DNA of 62,708 nucleotides, the filler included, from Rhabdomonas costata (Eukaryota): assembly GCA_019059605.1 (NCBI GenBank). It is 23 parts of 23 records of this genome, joined end to end, with 100 filler letters (N's around TTAATTAATTAA, not from the genome) between each part and the next. Parts side by side here need not be neighbours in the genome. Positions count along the whole stretch, not along the records: positions 1 to 2,619 come from JAHMHO010002598.1; positions 2,720 to 5,337 come from JAHMHO010002599.1; positions 5,438 to 8,055 come from JAHMHO010002600.1; positions 8,156 to 10,786 come from JAHMHO010002601.1; positions 10,887 to 13,503 come from JAHMHO010002602.1; 18 more parts are not named here. The stretch is one strand, 5' to 3'. Made by a program: the position numbers and the translations under genes. The notes beneath the pieces are model-generated. The model did not search any database and had not been told where the DNA came from. It worked only from the letters and a program-made list of their open reading frames with translations. Below are positions 1 to 12,177 of the stretch, piece after piece. Position 1 is the first letter of the stretch, and every line of letters begins with the position of its first letter.

Positions 1-19
1 TTTTTCTTGCTTCGGGCAG

Positions 20-2494
20 GTCGTGTACGAGTTTGGGTGCCCCTCGGACCGCAGCGCATCCTGCCGGGGCCTGTACTCGCTGTCCTACTCCCCGGGATAC
101 AACTTCATTGGTACGGGTCTCTCACACACGCGCGCGCTCTCGCACCGCCCCCCCCCCCTCCATTAATACTTAATTTATCTCCTTCGATGCTGTCTGAACG
201 TATGCAATCAGTTAGAAGCTCTCCTATCTGCTTTGTATTTTCGTCCCCTATTTTCTTGCTTTCACCTGTCCCTCTCTGTCAGTGCAGCACTTTTGGCTCC
301 ATTGATGAAAAGGTTGTTGTGTTTTTCTTACTCTATTCTACTGTCGTTCTGTCCACATCTGTACACTTGTGGAGTTCCGCTGGGGACAGGCTTCCCTGTA
401 CTTCTGTATCTTTCTGTCCTGTTTTTTGTTCTTTCAGTGAGCGTGGGCTGGGACATGACTCCGCGGGTGTGGATGCCGCGGCAGAGCTCCTCCTGCGTGG
501 CCACCCTGACGGACCACTTCATGCCACACACCCGCCGCCTGCTTGGGGTTAAGTGCTACCCCGGCACCCCACAGATTGTCACTGGTGTGCGTGCTAGAGG
601 ATGTTTGCAGGTTGGATACACGTGTGTGGCCTTCTGGGGCCTTCTGAGCTGCATCACCTCTGGAAGAGGCAGTAGATCTTGGGGCAAGACTTTAGCTGTA
701 TCGAAGCAAGGAAGTGAGGAAGTGATGCCCCCCTACCCGGTTCCCGAAAAAAAACATTGTGCACACAGGGTGTAGGTGGGCGGTTGTGCCATTTAATGTT
801 TGCTTTTCGCATTTTGAAGTCTACCAACCCGGCTAACAGCTAATAGCGAGCAGAGTGAACGTTTGGGACGTTTTTTTGCTTATACAAGATGTCTTGTGGG
901 GGGGGGACGGTTGTGTGCCCTGGTGAAGTTATTTATCTCGCAGGAGGTTAGAAAGTAATGCGCAAGTCGATAGGTGAGGTTAGCAATCGTGAGCACTGTT
1001 GAAAAGTGGTTTCATTCTGATGATTCTCACTAGTTCTGTCATTTTGCGAAGCATAGTCTTTTCCACTCATTGTTTTCTGTCGCTCGTTGCTCTCAGGGGA
1101 CGTCTCTGGGCTGTTCAAAGTGTGGGACATCCGGATGACCCGGGTGGTGCAGAGCTTCAACCTCGAGCATGCCGCTGCGGAGGACGCCGCTTCGGAGTAC
1201 ACCACTCTGCATTACCGCTCCGACGAGGCACATCACCATCCCCACTCACTCCGCTGCCCTCATTCCTTCGTGCAGGCTGCTGCACCGGAACCAAAGTTAT
1301 TGTGAGGGGGGGGGGATCTGAGCGTACAGCGTTGTTCACTGACCCCATGGCTGGGCACACCCCAATTTGCACACTGCTGTGTGCGCCCGCATGCTGGCGG
1401 CTGTTTTTGGCTGCAGAAGAAGCGTGGGGTCACTCTGATGGGCCACCTCATTTGTTTTGGCTTGACGGCCTCAAGGAGGTAAGGAGATATAGCAACACCG
1501 TGGATGTCCTTGATTGTGCGAACATAAAAACGGGTGCATATTCATCTGGAGCGCCACGTGCACCGTACACTATGAATGTATGCAATTCTCCGACTTGCCT
1601 TTGTCCCTCTTGTGCATCCATACAAGTTCTGAACCGAACCCTCCCCCCGCGCCCCCCAGGCGATTCCCCCGGGACTCCTGAAGGCCATGAACTTCGCCAT
1701 CGACACCAAGCGAGGCTCCATCCTGGCTAGCACCATCCGCGTGGACATGAACGAGACCAAGATCGCTATCATGGCCCAGAAGCACCGCATTTCCTCCAAC
1801 CCCGTGCTCTGCCACGACGACGCGGTGTCCGCGGTGGCCTACGACGGCACCGCCCACCTCCTGGTGACCTGCTGCAACTTTGACGTCAGTGTTTGGGGGC
1901 TCAGCCAGGGCACCCTCACGGCCTGCTTCAAGTGCGCTCCCCCGGATCCACGCATCTCAAGCTCCCTTACGATGCATAACATGTAAAATGCATTCCTCAT
2001 TCTTTCTCGTTCCCGAGCGGTTGGACTTGCCTTGATGTTCCTCAGCACTGGATGTAACCCAACCAGGTTGATAGTTTTGATTCCCCTGCAAAGTTTTCAG
2101 GGATCTTCGGGCTCGTGAGAGGCAGGCTTTTTATGCTGCATGTGTGTTAGTGAAATACTCGCAACACGGATTTTGAACCGATAAGAATATTCACGTCTGC
2201 TTCACTCCTCGGCAGGCGGGACCGCTGTCCGCCTCCCGTGGCAGATGGTGGATGTGCTGGAAAAGCACATCTCTCTCGATCTAACTCTTGGTCAAACCAA
2301 CCCTATCAAACCGCTCGCAAGTAAGGGTAACTGGAAGTGAACTCTCGCCATCGACTTCCCTGATTGTTGACATCTCTTTTCTCTCAGGAACCTGACCAGC
2401 TCAGAGATCACTGCGCTTGATGTGGACACTACAGGCAGGAAGTTCATTGTGGGCACCCACGACGGGCAAGTCAACTCGTACAGCTTGCAGACCG
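20..2494 (+). CDS. WD40-repeat protein (WDR49/WDR64-like), five internal exons, partial
   Basis: Phase-consistent exons 20-110, 438-584, 1097-1227, 1660-1931, 2388-2494 give ...NFIVSVGWDMTPRVW...PQIVTGDVSGLFKVWDIR...HDDAVSAVAYD...SEITALDVDTTGRKFIVGTHDGQVNSYSLQTG, which are WD40 blades. Three introns are GT-AG and one is GC-AG. Confidence 0.85.
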
Positions 2495-2619
2495 GTGAGT
2501 ATGAATGAGTTAGGGTGTGGGAGTGGTGTCAATCTGATATCTATGTGGACACGCACTGCTGATAAGCCATCAAGGGTCGCAGAAAATGGCTCCACAAACA
2601 CCCACACACACCCACCACA

Positions 2620-2719
2620 NNNNNNNNNNNNNNNNNNNNNNNNNNNNNNNNNNNNNNNNNNNNTTAATTAATTAANNNNNNNNNNNNNNNNNNNNNNNNN
2701 NNNNNNNNNNNNNNNNNNN
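2620..2719. other. Artificial contig linker N44-TTAATTAATTAA-N44 (first of 22)
   Basis: Identical 100-nt spacers with stops in all six frames start at 2620, 5338, 8056, 10787, 13504, 16223, 18940, 21657, 24374, 27091, 29809, 32542, 35258, 37974, 40690, 43406, 46121, 48836, 51551, 54266, 57279 and 59994. Confidence 0.99.
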
Positions 2720-3016
2720 CAAAAAAGAGAGAAAGAGAGAAAAATGAGAGAGAGAAGCGAGTCTTAGGAGAAGGGGAAGGGGAAGGGAGGGAGAAGGGAA
2801 AAATGTGGAGTGGTGTGGGTCATTACCCAGCGCGTTGAAGCCCATTTTTTTTTAAGAAAAGAATGCTTTACAAACTTTAACTTTCTGCTTTCAATCAAGT
2901 CCGATGTTTTGCAACCCCATGGGCTGCATTTCAATGAGCTTTGGCGAGTAGGGTGTAGAGTGCTCTTCTTTTACCGTATACTCTACAGCAATGGCCTCGA
3001 AACCAAGCGCGCATAC

Positions 3017-3137
3017 CCGCGCTGTTGCGGTCGGGGTGATGCTGCAGAGCCAACGCATGGTAGGCGCTGCGGATGTCCTCCTTTGAGGCCATAACACTCA
3101 CCCCCAGCACTGCCCTATGGTAGCTGCCAGTGTCCAT
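3017..3137 (-). CDS. DnaJ (J-domain) protein, first exon
   Basis: MDTGSYHRAVLGVSVMASKEDIRSAYHALALQHHPDRNSA contains the J-domain helices and HPD motif, followed by a GTATGC donor. Confidence 0.85.
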
Positions 3138-5446
3138 ACCACGGTGCACCTCGGCAGAAAAGCCCAACCTCGCCCCACACCGCAGCCTCAGGGCTTTCCC
3201 TCCCACAGCAGCACACAGATCACCGGCACGCCGCAGACCGCAGAGAGACATCCGGAAAATCAAGCAAATTCGGAGAAGAACTGAAAACACTGAAAACAAT
3301 GCAAAGAACCTTTTAGAGATGTTCTTGCCAGCGGTGATGTGAGAGACGTAACATCTACGAATGGAGTGAAGCCCAGAGATTCAAGCTGTAGAAATATCAA
3401 ATTCAGCTTCTTTCCTGTCCTGCACTTGGCGGGAGCATTGCTGTCCCTGCGATCTATCATACCACACCTCTCCTCTTCTGTTCCCAGAGCACATACACGC
3501 ACACTTCCATTTACAAACATGCGCAATAGGACCACTCTTCCTCTCTTCCCGCTCCTCCTCCGGAAACTCATAAACTGTCGGTGGCCTTACCGAAAATGGG
3601 GTGCCCCCCCCCCAAAAAAAAAGGGTGGGAAAATGGGGCCTCCCAGCAGCAGCGCCTACGATCAGGCGGTGTCAGCGCCCGTGCGCATCGCTTCCGTATT
3701 CAGAACCTGACGCGTGCGTGTTCCCCGTTGGTAGTTGGTAGGTGGGTCCCGGTGCGTGTGTGCATTCTTGAGTTCGGATTTCGCCCAGGACGGTCTTCCA
3801 GCCCCACAACAACCTGAAAGTCCGAATTTTATGCGCGGTCGTCTTTTCCTGCTTTATCGTGGTGCCGTACCCATTTAGTATAATAGAGGTAAATAGAGAC
3901 GGGCAACGCAGGCTTAAAAAGGCCCTTTTGGGACCATTGCAGGCCCGCAGCATACAGAGCCTGTATTGCGCTTCCCACATCGAGTGCAAGTAGTTTTATT
4001 TCCTCTCACTTGCTCATGCTTTCGGCACAACGTGATAATTTTTTTCCAAATTGCTAGTTCAATGCCGTGCCACATTGGAAAGCAAATTTTCCCACTACCT
4101 ACGCGACTGCGGTTGACACCCATAAACAAGGGGCACCTAAAATTCAAGACGCTACAATTCTTAAAAACACTCTCTCAAAGACAAAAAAAAGAGCACGCTT
4201 ACGGCAAAGTTGGCGGGGAAGTGGTCACAGAAGGCCCTGAAGGGGCAGCACGCTCTGCGGCCTCACAGCACTGTAAACTGATCACGACCAGGTGGTCAGA
4301 TCACGTCCCCCCGCCTTGCGGCGGGAAAAAGAAAACAATAACCTTTGACATACATGGTGCTGCTGGTCAGCTCCCACGCATACACGCACCCAATCGAAAC
4401 GCATCCAGCACACTGAAGGTGTACGCATCGCACAATTCAAGCATGCACACCAGGACCACTACGTGCGCGGAAAGCTGCGGTTTGGAGGTAAATTGGGCCA
4501 GAGCCTTCGGTTGACCCGCCCAGCAGCACACGCACGGTCTGAAACTCACTCACCCGCGCACACCGGGGGGATGGCTCACGCCGGCCTTGCACAGACAATG
4601 CAAACAAGGCATAGCCAGCTGCTGACGAACAAAAAAAGGTACACGTTGCAGGCGCAACCTTTTCGTTTGTTCGTCTGCAAGAAGTCATTCACAACTGCAA
4701 GAAGTCATTCACTTCCTGACGGACGCGGTGCAAAGGAGAAGCTGTTCCACTTCCCTCAGTTTTCCACTTCTTCCCTCGAGTCCTTCAACGTCTCAAAGAG
4801 TTGAGAACAGAGGAATGCTACTGCCAAGCTTTGAGAAAAGAAACCAACACAAGAAACCAAACCAAAAGTGCAAGAGAGGGAGTAGCTATGACTGTGAAGA
4901 TTGAAAGATGAAAATGTAAAGGGGGAGGGACACTCAATTATGAAAACGAACAAGAGGTCCCGTTTTGAACAAAACAATATTGTATTGTTGTGAGGCATAC
5001 CTACGCTTGAGTGATAAAAAGGGATAGCAAGGGAAAAGCACAAGCTGTACACACGTACACTGCAGAAGCACACACACACTTTGTGCACTTGGCAAGGGAA
5101 ACACACATACACACCATCTGGTCATGCCCCTCAAACCTCATGACTCCTCTAAAAACCATTATCAGGGAGAGCGAACCAGCCCAATCTCTGATGACGAGAG
5201 CCCTGCTGGATGCACTGCAGCAAAAACCCACCGCCGTCCCGCACTTCCGAGGCCGAGGAGGTGGAAACCTATCGGAAGTGTGTGTGTGTGTGGGAGGGGG
5301 GGGGGCGAAGTCTATAAATCTTCTAATCCAAGACACANNNNNNNNNNNNNNNNNNNNNNNNNNNNNNNNNNNNNNNNNNNNTTAATTAATTAANNNNNNN
5401 NNNNNNNNNNNNNNNNNNNNNNNNNNNNNNNNNNNNNGTGTGTGTG

Positions 5447-5574
5447 TCCCCTCCCGCATATCAAAAAATGCGCCACACGGGCTGTATCAGGCTGCTATTT
5501 TGTACCATTACTATGTTTGACCTCCTGCGCCTGATACAGCCCGTGTGGCGCATTTTTTGATATGCGGGAGGGGA
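5447..5574. mobile_element. 128-bp foldback/MITE-like element with 46-bp perfect inverted arms
   Basis: 5447-5492 is the exact reverse complement of 5529-5574, with a 36-nt loop. It lies just upstream of a POLD1 exon acceptor. Confidence 0.75.
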
Positions 5575-5622
5575 TACACTCAACCTGGAGCGCAACTCTT
5601 TTCCCTTGTGCTTCGCTTGAAG

Positions 5623-6456
5623 GTGCAGAACATTCTGAATAAACTCCTGATCGACCGGTCTGTGGAGGGTGCCATAAGTTACACCAAGCAGACGATCTCG
5701 GACCTTCTGATGAATCGGTGTGTGCGCGCGTGCATGTGTTGTGTGGTTCCGGGATCTTTCATGTAGCTCCCATGTATTCTCCGAGCAGGGATATCGAAAC
5801 TTGATCTACACTTGCAGGTTGGAGCTCACACTTTGTGGAATGGCAGTGCTCCTGAGTTCAGTTTCATGGAAGCTCCGTCGCCTCCCGCTTCTCTACGGCA
5901 GTTCCCTCTTTTAGACTGCGCATTCACACGCTGACGTGGTACAAATGGAGCATCTTAGATGACGGTGCCCGGGGGTGATGCAGAGCCCACAGACCTGTTT
6001 CCGTACCATGGTGTCTTGCCTTGCGCTCTTCTTGCTCCTTTACCTGGTTTATGATCAGGCTTTTTTCTCAATGTCGAATGGTATCGGGTGCTCGTTGTCA
6101 TGTCATTGCACACTTCGACGAGGGCTGGTGGCCATTAGTCGCAAAAGCAATCAGATTCGTGCCGGCAGTTTCATGTTTGTCAGGAGAAGAGTGAGATGGG
6201 TTCCGGCAAACGAGCCGAAGCAGCCTGGAAGGCCAAAGGGGGTGGGTGCACTTTCCAGATTCTTACCCGGCGCAACCACCTGGAGAAGCTCTACTCGCGG
6301 GTGTGGACACAATGCCAGCGCTGCCAGGGCAGCCTCCACTTGGACGTGCTGTGCACCAGTCGCGACTGCCCCGTGTTCTACCTTCGCAAGAAAGTCCAGA
6401 AAGATCTCAAAGAGCAGCAGGAGGCCCTTGACCGCTTCGGGGCTGTGGACTGGTGA
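5623..6456 (+). CDS. POLD1: DNA polymerase delta catalytic subunit, 3' part (two exons, intervening coding sequence missing)
   Basis: Exon 5623-5717 reads [32 protein letters not shown]. Terminal exon 6259-6456 reads [50 protein letters not shown]...*, the CysB motif. Confidence 0.92.
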
Positions 6457-7576
6457 GGCGGCTGGCTTGCAGGCTGGAGGGGGCAAACCCCACCACTGAG
6501 GATGGTCCTACGCGTATCTGGGCCAATTTTTCGGTGGTGCCGTTGTTACTTCTGTTCTTTCATTTTGTCCGCCTTGCCTTTGTTGGTCCCTTCTGCGCTT
6601 TCCCGGCTCGTCAGCCGGGGAACCCTTGCTTTACCTGTGTACGAGTAGCTCACTGTGTGGCGAAGGCAGAGCTTCGGCGGGTTGATGCTGAAAGGAAGAT
6701 GCCGAGGACGTCCTAATGTTGCCACGAAGGGCCGCAGATTGCATCCCCAGATATTTGGTGGATTTGCAATGAAGGAAATTCCTTTCTGGGATTCGGAACG
6801 GGAGTCCGACGGTTCGCGATTGGGAATACTCAGCATGGGAGTAACCCACGACTCGCGCCCCGCAGATGTGAACCCAAAGAGTGGAGACCGTGAGATGATT
6901 TGGTTTTCCGTTTGAAAGCAAATGAGCAGTACGCCCCAATCTTGGGCGAGGTGTGTCGGTTGATGTTCGGTATAGATGGATCTGGAAAACCCCAGGCACT
7001 CATCCGAAATCGAGTTAATGTACTTAGGTGGTTCAAATTTGAAGTTTTTTTGGGTGGGTCTCATTAACAGCGGGTGCGAGGACCCGAGAGCAGTCCCCAC
7101 AGAGTCCGGAATGGTCTGGAATCTCAAGGAGCAGGAAAGTTATTCAGTGGCAGCTGAACCCTCTCCCACAAAGGCGTAACCCAAGCACTTCCAAAGCGTT
7201 CCTGAGCTTCACATGGGACCGCAATAAAAAAGGCTTCAATTTCACAGCCCTTCCATTGCAGCGACATCATACCCAATCTCTCCAGGGGGTATGGAGCCGA
7301 CCGACGGACGACATGTAATCCGTGATCCACCTGTGGTGGTCATTTCCCGGAGTACACCCACATTGAGAGTGGAAATGCAGTCTTACAGGCGAAGAAAAAA
7401 GCAATGGGTTCCGAAATAACAAGGGGGGATCCTCCTCACCTAACCGCGGTTTGTTTGACGCATGTGTGTATTGTCAATTGTCAATGCCCTGTGCTCGGCA
7501 GTGCCCGTCTTTTTCCCGCTGCTATCTCTCTCCGTCCCACCTCTTTGTCACTTCCCCCTCCGAACAAAGTGAAAAG

Positions 7577-7826
7577 ATGCTGGAGACTGACTACGCAGTG
7601 ATGTCCGCGGTGACCTCTGTGCTCTCTCGCGTGCTGAGCGAGGCTGCCACCTCGGACCCCCTCTGCGGATCCGAGCCCGCCTCCTCCGCCGTCACTCCGT
7701 TTGACTGCAAGGTGATGCCCCGTGTGGACCTGGCGAGCTACCTGGGCCGGCTGTGCAAGTACTCGCAGTGCAGCAGCTCGGTGCTTGTGGTGGCGCTGAT
7801 CCTTCTGGACCGTCTCACCAACACAG
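7577..7826 (+). CDS. PHO80/cyclin-U (CYC2-like) cyclin, first exon
   Basis: FDCKVMPRVDLASYLGRLCKYSQCSSSVLVVALILLDRL matches the PHO80-type cyclin box. Donor GTGCGG at 7827. Confidence 0.88.
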
Positions 7827-8155
7827 GTGCGGCTTAGCAGACGACATCATGTGAGGCATGTGGGCACGTGGCCTCATGGCAGATTGTTTTGAATCCTTCT
7901 TCGTATGGGCTCGGTCTGCACTTGCATGAATTGCTCCTTAGCACTTCATCTTTGACACTGGTGCACCCCGCTGGTCTCTTCCGTAAAATCCCTCTGTGAA
8001 AGGGCTCCGCTCTGGATACTACCACTTCTTCCATTCTCGACCCCCACCCCCAAAANNNNNNNNNNNNNNNNNNNNNNNNNNNNNNNNNNNNNNNNNNNNT
8101 TAATTAATTAANNNNNNNNNNNNNNNNNNNNNNNNNNNNNNNNNNNNNNNNNNNN

Positions 8156-10728
8156 GTCCGCCTTCAGGATGTAGCAGTGCTGCGGGGTGTCATCCTCGCG
8201 CGGGGCCACCCCAAACATCGCGATGCAAACCCAGTCGTCTGGGAAGAACTCCGTGACGTCCACGTCCGTAAAAAGCTTGCGGAAATCTGGAACAAGGTTG
8301 GTCGCGAGTTAAGGGAAACGGGGAGAATCTACATAGGCAGGCGCGCAAGCAAGCTGTCGAAACTTTCACATTGTTGCACATATCGATGTGTGGGAAAGGT
8401 ATTTGTGGTGTACTTGACTTCCAAGGGATTGACTTATGCATGCAGCAGCTTGGCTGCTATGGCGGCATTGTCTCATCGAGCAGCGCGGTGGAGCGCAATC
8501 GCTTTGTCTTTGTCCGCTGCCTCGAGTTCGCTTGAAATCAGCCGAGACTCGAAATCCCATCCAAATTGGCCCCCCAAACCAAAAAAAAAGTTTCCGGAAA
8601 ATAAAAGACGACGACGGTTCGTCGCCGAAATGCGCTGCACGGCAGCTTTATCGGATGCGGCGGCGCATCCATCCATGCCGAATGACCGACTTATTTTCGG
8701 CTTTTTTGAACGTCGACGGGAACCCCAGGGTAGTGTGTGTGCAGACATTGAAGAGGTACGTACAAGTCGCATGCACTCACAAGACTTCTGGTGTTCGTAC
8801 CCCCCCCCCTTCAAAAAATTCGACAGCCCCAAAAGAAACGAAGCCGAAAGAAATTAAGTATCTTTCTCAGCAGGCGAGGATACTCCGACGCGGCCCAAGC
8901 ACCCAGCCACGCAGACAGGTGGGGGCAAATGCACCTTGCAGTTCATTCAACTGAACGACATCCCAAACTTCAGGCGGTTTAAGTGGCCTTGCAATTCCAT
9001 GTGAGATTCCGGTTCATGGGGGCATAGCCGTATTTTACCTCCGCTACTACTAGTTTCTTTTAGCCATAGCTGTTTTTTACTGGCTGGTTTGGTTTGGTTT
9101 GGTTTGGTTTGGTTTGGTTTGGTTTGGTTTGGTTTGGTTTGGTTTGGTTTTGGCTTTCTCGTGCCTGCAATGCGCATTGCTCCCCCTTCCTAAATCGCTT
9201 TCTTCGTCCCGTATTTTGCTTAGTGCTGCGAAACACCGGACAGCAATCTGAACAACACAACCGATTCTTACCCAGATTAATCTCGTTACCGTGTCCGAGA
9301 GGGTCAAAAATGCGTTTGCTGGCCCTCTGGCAATTATTCGCTTCGTGCTGCTGAACACGGGAAAGCATTCTGGCCGATTACCGACTACTACCCGGATTGC
9401 CCTCGTTATCCTGACCTGCAACGTCAAAATGCGTTGAACGTTTCTTTTCATGGGTTCCTTCTTTCACTCCTCGGAACTTCCATTGGACAAAACGTCTAGT
9501 ATAGGAAGGGAAGGGATCCCATCCGGGGGGCTTTCCATTCACTCACACAGCATCGCATACGCAGCACACCCTCCCACTTCATCCAGAACGTCCCGTCGTC
9601 GGCAAAGGTGGGGTTGATCTCCTTCCTGTGCAGCGGGAAGAGGTCCCACTCCGGCGCATTGTCCGAGTACGGCCCCTTCCACTCAGCGCCGTTGCCCCAG
9701 GGGTTGCGGACCTAGTTTTTTTCCACGTTACAGCACCAACACCCACACCAAATCCACCAAATTCACCAGGTTCCCCGTACTTCGGGGTCGCCGCCGAAGC
9801 CCGCACACAAATACACGCACACACACACGGCGCGCTTGCACCGGTATGCCATTCTCGACGAGGCACACATTTCCTGAGATGCAGGATATCCTGACATGAC
9901 AACATTCCCGTGCTGCTTCGCGAGGACTCTGGGTGTGTTGCTGTACTGTTTGCAACTGCTTTCTCAATTGCCCCCCCCTCCCCCACGCACACACGAAGAA
10001 GGGGGGGGGGCGTCTCTTTGTGCAATGGCTACACACATTGATTTATCTTCGGGTCTGCATTCACGGAGAGGAGATGGGGGATTCGGGACCTGGACAAAAC
10101 CTACCCCATCGGAGGTCCACTTTGCGTCAAGCACGGAGTAGGCGTGGCCCTTGATGAGCCCGTACACCGAAGACATCTCCCCAGCGGGGCCAAATTTGCC
10201 CTGGATCACGGGCACGTGAGCTCTGTAAAGGGAGGAGAGCCATCCCTGCCCACAAGCAGAGCCGCACTGAGTTGGGTAAAAAGGGCCTGCAATTTTGACA
10301 TTTTTTGACGTTTTCTTTTTTTGGGGGGGGGGGGGAGTGAAGTGGTACCTGGTTATCAATGGAAACAATAGCACCGAAATCGGCTCGAATCCATATTCAG
10401 GTGCCACAACGCTGGTCTCGCTAGGGCATAATGGTAAAGGCAACTCTGTCGCCCCCCCCCCTTCCCCGCACCAGAACTTCCTCTGTAACATGGGCCATTG
10501 GGGAAGTTGGGAAGTTGCCTCTTCCACTTCCACATTGCATATTACTGGGGGGGGAGCGCACCCCACGGCGCAGCACACAATCCGCATGGGGTCCTTGACA
10601 ACCGCCAGGAATGACCAGAAGTCCATATCAGAGCCGTAGAGGTTCATATACGACCCCAGGCCTCCGGTGAGATCCTCAAGGGCCTCTTGCCCAAACCCCC
10701 CGTCGATGGTATCCCACGCGAAGTGCAT
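8156..10728 (-). CDS. Calpain-family cysteine peptidase (CysPc domain), four internal exons
   Basis: Phase-consistent exons 10728-10562, 10222-10090, 9711-9570, 8286-8156 give IDGGFGQEALEDLTGG...GLIKGHAYSVLD...VQVRNPWGNGAEWKGPYSD...DDGTFWMKWEDFRKLF. Confidence 0.93.
9086..9150. repeat. (GGTTT)13 microsatellite in a calpain intron
   Basis: Perfect pentanucleotide tandem array. Confidence 0.97.
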
Positions 10729-10886
10729 CTGCACACATGGCACAACCTTTCTGGCGAAAAGACGTAAAGACTGCGGGCACAAAAAANNNNNNNNNNNNNN
10801 NNNNNNNNNNNNNNNNNNNNNNNNNNNNNNTTAATTAATTAANNNNNNNNNNNNNNNNNNNNNNNNNNNNNNNNNNNNNNNNNNNN

Positions 10887-12177
10887 TGACTTTCAAGGAC
10901 CCCTTGGAAGTCCACGATGGACTTGTGAGTGTTTGGTTGAGTTGCTCCGCTGGGGAGATTTCGTTCAGAAGCAAGAAGCTCTTTGAGCTTTTGTTGCGAT
11001 TTCCTGCAGCCGAAAGGCCAAGAGAGACCCCTTCATGCCTATTTCCTAACCTCACGTCCTTAATTGTGGGCTGCTTCGGTATCGGAGCTGAAGCAATGGT
11101 CGCCTTTGCGGCATCTGACTTCCCAAAGCTCAAGTCCTTGGATGTGGTTCAATCTGATCGGCGCTGCGGGCATGCAAGCGCTGGCGGCGTCATCTAACTT
11201 CCCCAACCTCACGTTCTTGGATGCCGCTAGCAATGTGATCGGGCCTGCGGGAATGCAAGCGTTTGCTGCCTCCACGTTGTTTCCCAAGCTTTTGTCCTTG
11301 AATATTATGCATAACCGCATCGGATCTGCTGGGGTTCTAGCCCTTGCGGCTTCATCTTACCTCCGTGAAATTGTTTCCTTGAATGTGGAGGATAATGAAA
11401 TTGACGATGCAGGCATGCTAGCCCTAGCAGCTTCACGTTCCTTTCCTAATCTGACGTCCTTGAACGCGTCCAGTAACTTAATCCGGGCTGCGGGAATTCA
11501 AGCGCTTGCTTCGTCCACTTTGTTTCCCAACCTTGCGTTCTTGAATTTGCATAGCAACAGTATCATGGACGCGGGATTGGAAGCGCTCGCAGCTTCTCCG
11601 AACTTTCCCAACCTCACTTCCTTGAACGTGGCCATCGTTTGCTGTTTCACCGCACTTCCCCAATCTCTCCTACTTAAATGTGTGGTTCAACCAGACTGGG
11701 GCTACAGGAATCCGAGCTCTTGCGGCCTCACCTTACTTCCCCAACCTGTCCTGGTTGGATGTGTCCGGGAGCCGGCTCGAGAATGCGGGAATGCAAGCGA
11801 TAGCCGCAGCATCTTTAATCTCCAAACTCACGACTTTGAAAGTGGTATTTAACCAGATCGGTGATGAGGGAATGGAAGCCCTTGCAGCTTCGTCTTCCCT
11901 TCCTAACCTCACTTCCTTAGATGCGGCAAGAAACCATATTGGCAATATCGGAGTTCAAGCGCTTGCTGGCTCATCCTCCTTCACCAACCTCACGTTCATG
12001 AGTCTGGCCAACAACCGGGTGGGGGCAGCGGGAGTGCGTGCGCTTGCAGCCTCACCGTGCTTCTCGAAGCTCAAGTCCTTGGACGTACGCTTCAACGGAA
12101 TCAGTGCTGCAGAAATGGAACCACTTGTCGCTTCACCCTTCTTCCCGAAACTTATTGACTTGCCCCGCGAAATATGA
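10887..12177 (+). pseudogene. Intronless leucine-rich-repeat gene (about 14 repeats of 27 aa) with two frameshifts
   Basis: Repeat unit is FPNLTxLDxxxNxIGxAGMQALAASxx. The frame changes at about 11147 (2-nt loss) and about 11634 (about 29-nt loss). Ends with TGA at 12175-12177. Confidence 0.8.

Noticed and set aside
3672..5215. Possible minus-strand exons upstream of the DnaJ gene
   Set aside because: Several AG/GT-bounded frames exist, but no single consistent model or recognisable product emerged.
9086..9150. (GGTTT)n as a telomeric repeat
   Set aside because: It lies inside a calpain intron, not at an end, and differs from TTAGGG.
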